From an uncultured virus (IMG/VR IMGVR_UViG_3300037067_008462) (lineage: Duplodnaviria; Heunggongvirae; Uroviricota; Caudoviricetes), in IMG/VR virus record IMGVR_UViG_3300037067_008462: a stretch of 64,000 bases of DNA, one strand, 5' to 3'. Under the pieces are notes generated by a model, which saw only the letters and a list, made by a program, of their open reading frames with translations, did no database searches and was not told the origin of the DNA. A program made the position numbers and the translations under genes. Position 1 is the stretch's first letter. Each line of letters starts with the position of its first letter. Shown in pieces: positions 32,530-42,806 of this stretch.

Positions 32530-33850
32530 ATGTTTGGATTTATAGTCATTACACTTCTGGTTATTATTGGTATCTTGTCTTATAGGAATTATAAGAAAGA
32601 ACCAGAATATGAAGTATTTAGTGTTAGAGAATTATTAAGTAATAAGACTGCACAGCCAGTTCTATATTGGTATCGTCCAGCATCTGTTGCTACGAATTAT
32701 TGGAAGGCAATGGGTTGCCCAAATCCAGATGATGTGGAAAATATTCATGACCTTGAATTATGTTTTTGTTATGGTCATAAATTTGGTATTCAGGTTGGAG
32801 ATAGTATTGTCCCAGTCTATTTTACCAACCTTAAGAAATCAAAGATTGATGCATTTATTGATAGTAATGCCTTAAAAGCAATAGAAGAAAAGATAAAAGA
32901 ATTGAAAGAAGGAGACAAAGATGAGTAGTTATACAACAGGACTTAGTGGAAAGTTTTGGTCAGATGAGAGAGAAAGCGTGGTCTATTTTGACATGCTAAT
33001 TATATTCAAATCTGGATATGAGACTCCAGATGGTAATTTAAGGGCTTATGCTCACATTGATTGTTCTCTAGAACCATTCAAATGGAATGAGAATGGAGAA
33101 CAATTAAACACTAATATTGAATTATCATATGTAGAGAAATTAAAATTCAACTTCTTAAAGTGTGAATTAATTGAAACTAATTATCCACAACTCAACGATT
33201 ACAATCATTTTATAAGTGAATGGGGATTTAATCCATTTCAAACATTTTTGCGTCATGAGTTAGTGGAAGAGGAACTTAAGAAGCGCAACTTAAAGCAAGG
33301 ACAACTATCTGAATAAGAGATAGACAAACTGTGTAGCGAAATAGACCAAAGAATTGTACAAGATATGGAGAAGTATCAATGAAATACGAAGTAGAAATTG
33401 AAGACGTAAATAGTAATCCAGTAACTATTATTTTAGGTTATGATTATAATGGTGAACAACTATGTGTTCCAATTAAATTGAGGGCTGATGAATATGAAAA
33501 ATTCATCACAGACTCTATCTATAGAGAGAAGTTAATGAGAAAGGCTATAGATACATTGGTTTTAAGATTAAAAGAGAATAGATTAATTGCAATAAAAGAA
33601 TTAGAAAAAATTGCAATAAAAGAATTAGAACAACTTGGTGTCAATAAAGAAACCATTGATGAATTGATTTCCAGATATATTGGAGAAGATAATGGATAAT
33701 AAAATAGACAATACTTTAGAAGAACTAAAAGAAATGGTTAAAACATTAGAAGGCATGACAGGCGAAGAAATTCGCGCATGTTTTATTTCTAATTGGTACA
33801 GCGTAGATTATCAGAAGGCTCTTGAAATAGAAAAGGAAATTAAAGGATAG
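32530..33850 (+). CDS. Four hypothetical ORFs (32530-32928, 32921-33316, 33379-33699, 33692-33850)
   Basis: RBS-preceded, overlapping ORFs. Confidence 0.7.
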
Positions 33851-33856
33851 AGTCTG

Positions 33857-34082
33857 ATGGAACTAAACCTAAAAAACTTTCTTGAAGTCTACGGATTCAA
33901 GGATCTATTTTTTCAACAGTCAAACAGTATCGGGTATGTTCTAGTTCTTCATTTGACGATTATATTGTAAGATTGGATGAAGATTGGAATTCCTAACAGG
34001 AGAAATTGGAGTAAGAAAAATAGTAGACGTTATTAATTATATTTATAATAGAGAAGCCAAAGTATATGGACTCACCAAATGA
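33857..34082 (+). pseudogene. Frameshifted TxLNxxNL-family member
   Basis: MELNLKNFLEVYG start; GVRKIVDVINYI in another frame matches GVEKIVDTINYI of the next gene. Confidence 0.65.
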
Positions 34083-35664
34083 CTTTATTAAATTTCTCTA
34101 ACATATTTTGTACCTTCTTTCCTATGGATACGAAAGTATACATAGATAAAGATAGAGTGATGTGTAGTCATCCTACTTTTTTGGAAGATGGACACTTTAT
34201 GTCTGTGCATAGTTTGGAATTATATAATGAGGAAGCGGGAGTAGAGAAAATCGTGGATACCATTAATTATATTTTTCTATCTTATGATGAACGAAGAAAA
34301 TATGGAATTAAAGAATAACCCTTTTGAATCTTTCTAATATAGTTCAAACATTTTTATTAGATGCAACGGTGTTTGTTGATAGTGATCAAAAAGTAATATT
34401 AAAATGTCCATCTTTTAAAGAGCATATGAATGATACACAATGGTTTTATACGAACGTAGATGCAGTATATACTCTAAAGGGAATAGAAGGAATACAAGAG
34501 GTTGTAGATACAATAAATTATACTTTAGAAACCTATATAAAATGACAGAATTAAATCTTCAAAACCTAATAGACGTAATACACCCTAATGAGGGTTTTAT
34601 AATAAATGTTGTGCCGGACTCTTATTATGGTAAACATTCAATGGCTATTCTACATCCTCGTTATCCAAACTGGTCTTTCACAATAAACCTTCATGCGCCA
34701 TGTGACGTTGTGGACGGTGAAGAATTCCTACGACGATTCGAATATTCTTTGTATTATTTTGGTGTGAAATGAAACAAACAGTAGCATATCTCAATCTACA
34801 CAACATAGCCTCTTTTTGTTTGGACAAGTTTTGGATAGAAGAGAAAGAATATGATTTTGTGTTGAGTTCGTCAGAATTGTATATAATCATTACAATTTCT
34901 AAATATGGAATATTTGATCGAGACGAACTTATAAATTCATTATTAATGCACATAAGGTGCTGGTAATGCAACCATTAAGAACATGGTTAAATGTTTATAA
35001 TCTAGTTTCAGTATATATGACACCAGAAATGTTTACCTTAATAGAGCATGGAAATTATTTTAGGTTACATTCTCCTCTCCTTACTTGTATCGTAGAGATT
35101 GGAAAGTATTATGGTGATCCCGAAACTACCATAGATACCATTTTAACAAACGCGAGGATATAAACCAACCATTCTATCTTGACTTTTTCGCCACGTTGTG
35201 ATATAATAAGAACATGGAAGAATCTAACGAAGAATATGTCGGAACTAGAACATTATTAAATGTTTCAAACATTGCAAGCATATATCTAAAAAAATATACA
35301 ATAGAATATGTGAGAATGACAGATACTACGAGTTTCTTTTGTCTGAAATCAGAAGAATTCGATGACTCAAAATTAATTATGAATCTAGCGTTTGAAAACA
35401 TAGATCCACAACAAACATTACAAGTAATATCAATAAAACTTAAAGAGGAATTGAATGTATAAAATAGGTAAAACATCTCTAATAAGTAAAACATCTCTAA
35501 ATGTAAGAAATCTCGCTGAATTTATCTTGGGAGACGATTTTGAATTAGAGGGTTATTTTTTAAGTTCTCATCAATTAGATGCTCGTCTTACATTAAGTTC
35601 GATTAATGGTAATCTTGAAGAAAGTACATATTTTATCTGCTCTCATCTATTGAGAGGAAGATAA
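34079..35664 (+). CDS. Seven tandem TxLNxxNL-family proteins
   Basis: 34079-34318, ~34315/34324-34545, 34542-34772, 34769-34966, 34966-35163, 35214-35462, 35455-35664; all have LNxxN[IL] near the N-terminus. Confidence 0.75.
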
Positions 35665-36101
35665 TGAAAACAGTTATAAAAGAAGTCTATTATTGTGATT
35701 ATTGCAATAAAAGATATCTATCTAAATATTTTGCGAGTAAACATGAAAAACATTGCACTCTTAATCCTACAAGAGAGTGCAAAATGTGTAAGATGGGATC
35801 TACTTATCATTATGAAGAATATGTAAAAAGATTAACTAATTTATTAAACGCAGAAGAAAAAGAAGTTGATTTTATTTCAGAAGATCATATTGAAAACTTT
35901 AAGAAGGTTTGGACTGAAATTTCTGATGAATTAGGTGGATGTCCTGCTTGTTGTTTGGCGGTCTTAAGACAAACATGTTTTGGTTTAGCTACTCATTTGG
36001 AATGGTCGGGAATTTGGGGCTACAAGGATGAGTGTAATAAATGGTGGAATGAAGTAAACGAAGAGAGAAAACAAGAACTTAGCTGGATAAGCTATGAGTG
36101 A
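35664..36101 (+). CDS. Cys-rich/Zn-finger protein
   Basis: YYCDYCNK...HEKHC..NP; CPAC. Confidence 0.75.
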   Translation: MKTVIKEVYYCDYCNKRYLSKYFASKHEKHCTLNPTRECKMCKMGSTYHYEEYVKRLTNLLNAEEKEVDFISEDHIENFKKVWTEISDELGGCPACCLAVLRQTCFGLATHLEWSGIWGYKDECNKWWNEVNEERKQELSWISYE

Positions 36102-36118
36102 GCTAGGAAGGGTAATGT

Positions 36119-36503
36119 ATGATTATGACTCAACAAAATCTCTGGAACATAATCGACGCTCTAGATAAAAGAGAGAGGGTAGTGTCGGTCAGGTTTTTTG
36201 GACTTGATGCATTTGAGATTCAATTTAATACCCCTAATAATCCAACTTTAGCTTTTGGTAGAGATAATTCTGTAGAAATTGTAGCTCAAGCGATATTTGA
36301 TGCATAAATTAACAGTTTTAAATATTCAAAACAAGATAGAGTGTTGGAGTGGGAAGAGGATAAAGATAGAGATAGATGATGATAAAGATGTTGCTCTTCT
36401 GTATGGAAATTTTGGACCTTTACCTTTCTGCTATCTTCCGTTAGAAGTTCCATTGAAGGTCTTAGAAAGAGATGATTGGATTACATCTATGATTTGGGTT
36501 TAA
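36119..36503 (+). CDS. Two TxLNxxNL-family proteins (36119-36307, 36300-36503)
   Basis: MTQQNLWNII, LTVLNIQNKI. Confidence 0.7.
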
Positions 36504-36751
36504 TAAAATTCTCATCAACAACGTTCTATATTATTACTGTTAAATTTAGGTTAAGGACCAGCTTATTGAAAATTTTGTGCTATAGTAAACGTGCTTGAGG
36601 TTGTCTTTTTGAAGTCGTAGCAGAATTTGTCGAAGCAGGTGGTTATGTTCTCTGTCAGCACAGGAGAACTTTAGAATCAATCTTCTTTCTTAGGTCTAAT
36701 ATCTTCGACTGAAGCTTGATTGAACACAGGCTAAAAGGAGGTTAAATTAAC

Positions 36752-37282
36752 ATGCACCAAATAATTGATAATTGGTGTACTCCTAAATGGTATAATAAGA
36801 TCTTTTATTTTGATGGTAGTAAATCAATTGATTTTATAGACCATAACTGTATGGAGCTTCCTAGATGGAGAGAAGTTATAGATATCAATATTAAAGAAAG
36901 TCTTCATATAAATAAGTATGGTGAGGTTTCCAGCGCATCCAATTGTTTGATAGGAACACTGAAAAATTCTCATCTACTTAAAACCAAATTTATCAACATG
37001 TCCGATGTAATGTATAAGATGTCGGATAATCAGAAAGAATTTATAGATAAAAATTCTCCTTTATTAATGGATGACTCTCCCCTTTATGTTGTGTGGCAAA
37101 CAACCTTTAAAGGTAACATGTTTGATTTTAGACAACCCTCTAATACTCTTCAGGTTATGGCGACCACTCAATTTCTCGTAGATCACTTTAGAGATCACAA
37201 CGCTCTATCTTTAATACTAAGTTACGGTATTATTCAAAATTGGGATTCAGGATTTACAACCATTTATGATGTAGATTTATGA
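36752..37282 (+). CDS. Hypothetical protein
   Basis: AGGAGG RBS, 176 aa. Confidence 0.75.
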   Translation: MHQIIDNWCTPKWYNKIFYFDGSKSIDFIDHNCMELPRWREVIDINIKESLHINKYGEVSSASNCLIGTLKNSHLLKTKFINMSDVMYKMSDNQKEFIDKNSPLLMDDSPLYVVWQTTFKGNMFDFRQPSNTLQVMATTQFLVDHFRDHNALSLILSYGIIQNWDSGFTTIYDVDL

Positions 37283-37303
37283 AATGTTGGGAATAGTTAA
37301 TGT

Positions 37304-39274
37304 ATGAAACTTATTAAAGCAATCTTTAACGCACTGAATCCTGGTACACCTAACCTCATGGAGGCGGGAGGGAAACCGCTTTCCAACGTAAAACATTTGT
37401 TCAAAGTGGAACCAACTCCCACAGAGATTCATCAAGTTAATAGGCCGAATCCACGTCTTTCTGAAAATTTTGTAGATATTAATGGTGACGAAGGAGATCC
37501 TCAAACCGTTTTGGTTCCGGTTAGCGAAGATTTTGCTATTGAAAGCGATGATCTACAAAAACCCGGAGTTAGTGATGCTGTAAACAGTTTAAACGGAATA
37601 ATAAGAGGTATGCCAGATGAGGAGATGGTATATGGAATTAAACAAGCCTATGCGATGGCTACAAAAGATAAGCATGTTCATGAGCATGGAAAAATGTGGT
37701 ATTCTACTGTTAGAGATGTCGCGCACAGCATGGCTAATCGTTATTTAGTAGATGCCAATGGGAACCCTGATCCTCTTGGACCAATGAAGGTCGCGGGACT
37801 TTTCGCCGCATTCTCTCCTAGAGTCAGTTGGGGTCATAATATTAAAAAAGTAGAGATGTTTTTAAAGAAATATGTTGCAGGAAAAAGAGGTAGTGAACTA
37901 TCCGCCCCAGGACTCGAAAACGCAAATAAGGCCGCTCGGGACATTATCAATGCCACTTCTTATGTAGGAATAAAACATAGATTGGGCGGACAAAAGATTA
38001 ATGCATTTTTTAGAAACATTATGGGCGAAAGATCTAAGAACCCCAATAGACAACCGGTTACTATCGATACTCATGCTTTAGCTATTGCTTTTGGTTGGAA
38101 AGGTCTAACCCCCAATGGAATAAGTATTAGTAGACAATTATATAAGCGTGTTGCAAATGCATATAGTCAAGCGGCCCAAGAACTTAATATTCCCGTAGAT
38201 GAATTACAGGCAATCACTTGGGTAGCTAGACGAAACGGTTTAAAAGCTGGCTCTCCAAGTTTATCTAAAGAAGCTAGGACAATAGAAAGTTTATATAAAA
38301 AATATGTTGGAGAGAATCATCCATACATTCAACTCAGCCAAAGACATTACACCGGCCCATTGTTTGCTCACTTTGAAGCGTTTGGTAAAGCTATAGATGC
38401 ATTAGATGATTGGGTTCTTGAAAGTGATTCAACAAGAAGAGCGAAACTTCTTTATATCTTAAACAATCCGGAGTATCATTTAAATAGATACTTTATAGGA
38501 CAAATAGATAAAAGGATGAGCGAAACATTTCAGAAAAGCACTATCCCTAATAGTATTGGAGGAGTAACACTTTCTGAATTAGATAGACAAGATCTCTTGG
38601 AGAAATTAAAAACCTTCACGTTCTTTAAAGCTATTACAGAAACAACAACGGACCCTACGGATTCTCAGTTGATAGATTCTGTTCCAGAAGAAAGCTTTGA
38701 TCCTCAAGCATATGTTCAAAATCTTCTTTCTAAACAGTATGCTTTAATCTCTCCCGAAAAACATGATTCCCAACTCTATCTTGACAATGATCAACCAAGA
38801 CTTAATCAACAAGATATAAACAATCGAAATGCTCACAAAGAAATGATTTTAGACTTAAATAAGTTTGCAGAAAAGTACGGTCCAGATGCCTTCGAGGTTA
38901 TTCCTGTCGAAGGTTCTTGGGGACACATTCCAGAGAATTCGTATCTCGTTAGAAAAAATCAAATGAACAATACAGACTTTTTAGATCTGTTAAACAGAAT
39001 TAATAAGAGAAGTTATTTAATCACAAACAATGAAATGCCACGTGAAGATTTCATACAGATGAACCATTATCTAGCTAAAAAAAGCAAACAAGATTCTGTA
39101 ATTTTTGGAAAAGGTAACGATCAGATTTTAGTAGAATACGGTTTAGAAGGAAAACCTAAAGTAACCACAGGGGCTGGTTTTCAGATTTTCACTCAAAAAC
39201 CTGATACGGATTACACAAAGATCAACACGCCTCGCGGTCCTATATATTTTACATTAAATTTTGATTGGAGATAA
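37304..39274 (+). CDS. Multidomain protein: HhH-glycosylase-like (DUF7178-like) domain plus DUF3293-like domain
   Basis: WY..AAFSP..W..N..K..F..N..VTIDTH..Y..A..QAITW; C-terminal ISP..N..G.W...ENSY..KQDSV; family names recalled from memory. Confidence 0.6.
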   Translation: MKLIKAIFNALNPGTPNLMEAGGKPLSNVKHLFKVEPTPTEIHQVNRPNPRLSENFVDINGDEGDPQTVLVPVSEDFAIESDDLQKPGVSDAVNSLNGIIRGMPDEEMVYGIKQAYAMATKDKHVHEHGKMWYSTVRDVAHSMANRYLVDANGNPDPLGPMKVAGLFAAFSPRVSWGHNIKKVEMFLKKYVAGKRGSELSAPGLENANKAARDIINATSYVGIKHRLGGQKINAFFRNIMGERSKNPNRQPVTIDTHALAIAFGWKGLTPNGISISRQLYKRVANAYSQAAQELNIPVDELQAITWVARRNGLKAGSPSLSKEARTIESLYKKYVGENHPYIQLSQRHYTGPLFAHFEAFGKAIDALDDWVLESDSTRRAKLLYILNNPEYHLNRYFIGQIDKRMSETFQKSTIPNSIGGVTLSELDRQDLLEKLKTFTFFKAITETTTDPTDSQLIDSVPEESFDPQAYVQNLLSKQYALISPEKHDSQLYLDNDQPRLNQQDINNRNAHKEMILDLNKFAEKYGPDAFEVIPVEGSWGHIPENSYLVRKNQMNNTDFLDLLNRINKRSYLITNNEMPREDFIQMNHYLAKKSKQDSVIFGKGNDQILVEYGLEGKPKVTTGAGFQIFTQKPDTDYTKINTPRGPIYFTLNFDWR

Positions 39275-39862
39275 AATGTTTAAAAAAGATGCACTCAAAG
39301 AATTTAAGAAGAATATCGAAGCAACAAAGAAACATATCGAGAACTCCTCGGTTGAGGAAATTTTGCAGGATTTTATGTTAAATAATTCTATTTGTTTAAC
39401 ATTAATATTCAAAACTCTTGTTGCTATAAGTGAAGGAAAAGGAACAGAGGAAGAACTGGCTGACTTAGCAGACTCTATTTATCTTATAAATGTTTTCAGT
39501 ATTTGTACAGAAGAAAAACTTCTTGGTAGAAAAATTGATATCTCTAAAGTAACAGATTCAGTTTTAGACTTATCCGGTCTTTTAGAATCAGATATAGATA
39601 TTGCAAAATCATGAATGTTACTGTTAAACTAAAACATGATCCACTAAGAAGTGAAGGATTAATGTACAGTTACGTATGGGAAGATGAACCGTGGATTGTT
39701 GAAGCTATCAAAGCCGAACCACTCAATCTACATGAATCAGGATACTACTACACTATTTATCGTTACAAAGATATAGTTAGGAAAGGTAGACTTGGGAGTA
39801 TCTCTCAAGTAGAATCAGTCACAACTAGAATAATCAATGGGTTGCTTAATTTTTTCAAGTAG
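39261..39862 (+). CDS. Two hypothetical proteins (~39276-39614, 39611-39862)
   Basis: Abutting ORFs. Confidence 0.65.
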
Positions 39863-39883
39863 AAATAAAAAGGAGAATTTTGG

Positions 39884-40243
39884 ATGCGTAAGATAGCGGT
39901 TGTTGGTTCTAGAAGTTTTGATGATTATTTTTTCTTTTATCAAAGATTATCAGAATATATTGGAGACGACGAAGTTGTTTTAATTAGCGGAGGAGCAGCA
40001 GGAGCCGATCAATTTGCAGAAATCTATGCTCATGACGTAGGTTTATCTATACTTATTCATTTTCCAAAATGGGTTGTAGATAATAAATATAAAAGAAACG
40101 CTGGATTCATTAGAAACAAACAAATTGTAGATGATGCCACAGAAATGATTGCCTTTTGGAACGGCAAGTCACAAGGAACCAAAAGCTCTATCTCTTTAGC
40201 TCAAAAGAAAGGCATTCCTGTTACAATAGTAAATATAAAATGA
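39884..40243 (+). CDS. SLOG-family (YspA/DUF2493-like) protein
   Basis: IAVVGSR..ISGGAAGAD..AGFIRN..AFWNGKSQGT. Confidence 0.88.
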   Translation: MRKIAVVGSRSFDDYFFFYQRLSEYIGDDEVVLISGGAAGADQFAEIYAHDVGLSILIHFPKWVVDNKYKRNAGFIRNKQIVDDATEMIAFWNGKSQGTKSSISLAQKKGIPVTIVNIK

Positions 40244-40648
40244 CTAGACTTAATGCTAAAAATCTGATCGATGCTTGGGGTTGTCGTCCAACACCAGAAG
40301 AAATCAAAGATGATGTATCTAAAGATTATCAAACATATGCAATATCTATTACTCTATGTATAATTGATTTCGAAATATCTTATATACTTGAAAACAATCA
40401 CTTAGGACAAACACCTTCTCCTAAAGGATATATCCCTAGAAATGTATATTAAATTCACAAAACTTAATGCATTAAATATTCTTCAGAGTGGGATGTGGGA
40501 CGGATGGATGATACATACAGTGCTAACATTTTATCCTCCTTATATGGCGAAAGTAATACTTGATGTTTATGAAGAAATAATGAGTGATCCAAGCGGAGCG
40601 TGTCCTTCTATGGTTAAAAGCAAAGAAATCCCCACTCTATCTTCTTGA
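40240..40648 (+). CDS. Two TxLNxxNL-family proteins (40240-40452, 40442-40648)
   Basis: MTRLNAKNLI, FTKLNALNIL. Confidence 0.7.
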
Positions 40649-40679
40649 CATTTTTAACGCCTTGTGGTAGAATTTAATT

Positions 40680-40827
40680 GGTGTTAGGGTTGAAATTGAT
40701 GGTTATGGTGGAGTACCGCATTCGTGGACGATTACCTGCGGAAACCGCTATCGAGGCAGACTGGCCCGATAACAATCTATGACTTGGCGACGTTGACAGG
40801 AACATCGAAATACCACCCCCTAACACC
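40680..40827 (+). ncRNA. Candidate ~150-nt ncRNA
   Basis: TTGACA-17-TAGAAT promoter; perfect 10-bp terminal stem GGTGTTAGGG/CCCTAACACC followed by a T-rich tail. Confidence 0.65.
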
Positions 40828-40838
40828 TTCTTTTTATT

Positions 40839-41468
40839 ATGAAAAAATTTAATTATAGAAACACAGTTGAATTTTATTTTAATATGCCAATCATAGATGT
40901 GGTAGAAGATGATGTTGCTTTCACTTTTGATTTTCAGTTAGAGGATCTTAATTGGGTTTATATTCTAACAGAACGTTATGATAGCAGAGAAGAACTGTTG
41001 GCTCAATTAGAACAGGATTGGGAATGACAGAATTAAATGTAAAAAATCTTATAGAGAGTGTCTTCGGAAAAATTGAGCGGATTATAGAAGACGAATATAA
41101 CATTACTTATTATATTCAAGTTAACTCTAATGTTCGTCTTAGACCTGACCATAATTCAGTAAATATCTATAAAGATGTTTGGCTTAATAACGAAAAACAT
41201 CGTAAACGTGACGAATTGCACGATCAATTAATACAAGATTGGTTTTAGTATGACACATCTAAACATTACAAATCTTATAGAATCTATTTTCGGGAAGATT
41301 ATTTCTATTGATCATATAGCTAATACTGATATTATAATTTATGAAATTCATAACGATTATATACGACGCAATTCTAGATATGTACATGTTAATGAAAGTC
41401 TTTGGGTTAACAAAAGTGATATGAAGCGTGATGGTTTATATGGCATATTAATAAGTCAATGGTTTTAG
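40839..41468 (+). CDS. Three TxLNxxNL-family proteins (40839-41027, 41024-41248, 41250-41468)
   Basis: MKKFNYRNTV, MTELNVKNLI, MTHLNITNLI; shared C-terminal R..L...L...W. Confidence 0.75.
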
Positions 41469-41481
41469 GAGTCATTATAAC

Positions 41482-41916
41482 ATGAAATATTTATGGTATT
41501 TTATTGTAATTATCCTTTTAGGATGCGAGAAACAATTAGTTAACGTTGAAGAAATTAATACTCCTTATAACGGACGTTATGTTAAATATGTGCATTATAT
41601 AGACATGGAAAGTTCTTATGAATACACATACCATTATGATCCCGCCTCAGAAGAATATGTTTATGGACCAGAATGGAGAACTTATCCGGTAGACAAACAA
41701 AGACCGGCTTATATGATTAGTACTGGAAATGGAGAATTGGAGATTAAGATAGAGGAGTTCAATAAGCTTCTAGATAAAAAAGGTAGAGTGATTTTGCTAT
41801 ACAGAAAGAGTGTAGGAGTAGAGAGCGGTAAAGTTTATAGCTATCAACTATCCGGAATTAAAGAATTTGTTATTATCAAACCGGAAGATTTCGGATACGT
41901 AGATTCGCAGTTTTAA
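41482..41916 (+). CDS. Putative lipoprotein
   Basis: Hydrophobic N-terminus with LLGC lipobox. Confidence 0.65.
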   Translation: MKYLWYFIVIILLGCEKQLVNVEEINTPYNGRYVKYVHYIDMESSYEYTYHYDPASEEYVYGPEWRTYPVDKQRPAYMISTGNGELEIKIEEFNKLLDKKGRVILLYRKSVGVESGKVYSYQLSGIKEFVIIKPEDFGYVDSQF

Positions 41917-41929
41917 TATAGGAGTTTTT

Positions 41930-42553
41930 ATGCGTATTTTTTCTTTTGTTGTTTTATTTGTAATCCTTGCAACAACGTGTGCAATGGCAATGAATCCTTA
42001 TCTCAAGGAAAACGCTTTTGAAAGGACGGCTTCTGTTACTATTGATGATAGTGATAGCGTATATGATGTAATGGGAACGGCTGTCTATGTAGCTGCTCAA
42101 GAGGGAAACGGTTATTGGTTAACTGCTGCTCATGTAGTTAATTCTCTTGAAACTTTTTATATTGATAAAGTTAAAGTAGAAATAGTAGATAGAGGTTGTG
42201 ATTTCTGTTGCGATATTCCTGACGAAGTGGATTGGGCGTTATTAAGAACACCAAACTACACTCCATATGACGATACACCCCTAGATTATGGACTCTATCT
42301 TAATGAACCACTTTTTTATGTCAATATGAATGACCGTATTAATAACAATAAGAATACGGTAACAAAAATCAGAGTTAAAGAATTTTATGATAACGATGTT
42401 GTTGTTACTACCACTACACCACAACACGGAAACAGTGGGAGCGGTGTTTTCAATTTTGAAGGAGAATTAGTAGGTCTCGTAATTGGAAAAGTCTTAGGTT
42501 CTCATAACACTATCATTCTTAGAGTTTATCCTAGAATGTTTCAAGAATGGTAA
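41930..42553 (+). CDS. Secreted trypsin-like serine protease
   Basis: Signal peptide; LTAAHV, DWALL, GNSGSG catalytic triad motifs. Confidence 0.88.
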   Translation: MRIFSFVVLFVILATTCAMAMNPYLKENAFERTASVTIDDSDSVYDVMGTAVYVAAQEGNGYWLTAAHVVNSLETFYIDKVKVEIVDRGCDFCCDIPDEVDWALLRTPNYTPYDDTPLDYGLYLNEPLFYVNMNDRINNNKNTVTKIRVKEFYDNDVVVTTTTPQHGNSGSGVFNFEGELVGLVIGKVLGSHNTIILRVYPRMFQEW

Positions 42554-42806
42554 AGTTTTGATTAAACGCTTGACTTTTTTCTTAAGTTGTACTACACTTG
42601 ACTTGTAATTGAAAATCGCTAAATCCGAACGATTACCCCCGAGCATAGTCGTTCAGTATTAATTTTGGCTTTTGGTCGGCCCAAGACAAAAAGCTCTTGC
42701 GATTTTTATCGGGTGCTGTTATAATTGAACATGTCGCAGCACTGGTTGATCTTTTTGATTACAGTAATGTTACGATTAAAGGATAAAAAACTAAAAAGGA
42801 TTAAAG

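Noticed and set aside
36560..36740. Possible ncRNA upstream of 36752
   Set aside because: Only weak stems and a poor -35 box; insufficient evidence
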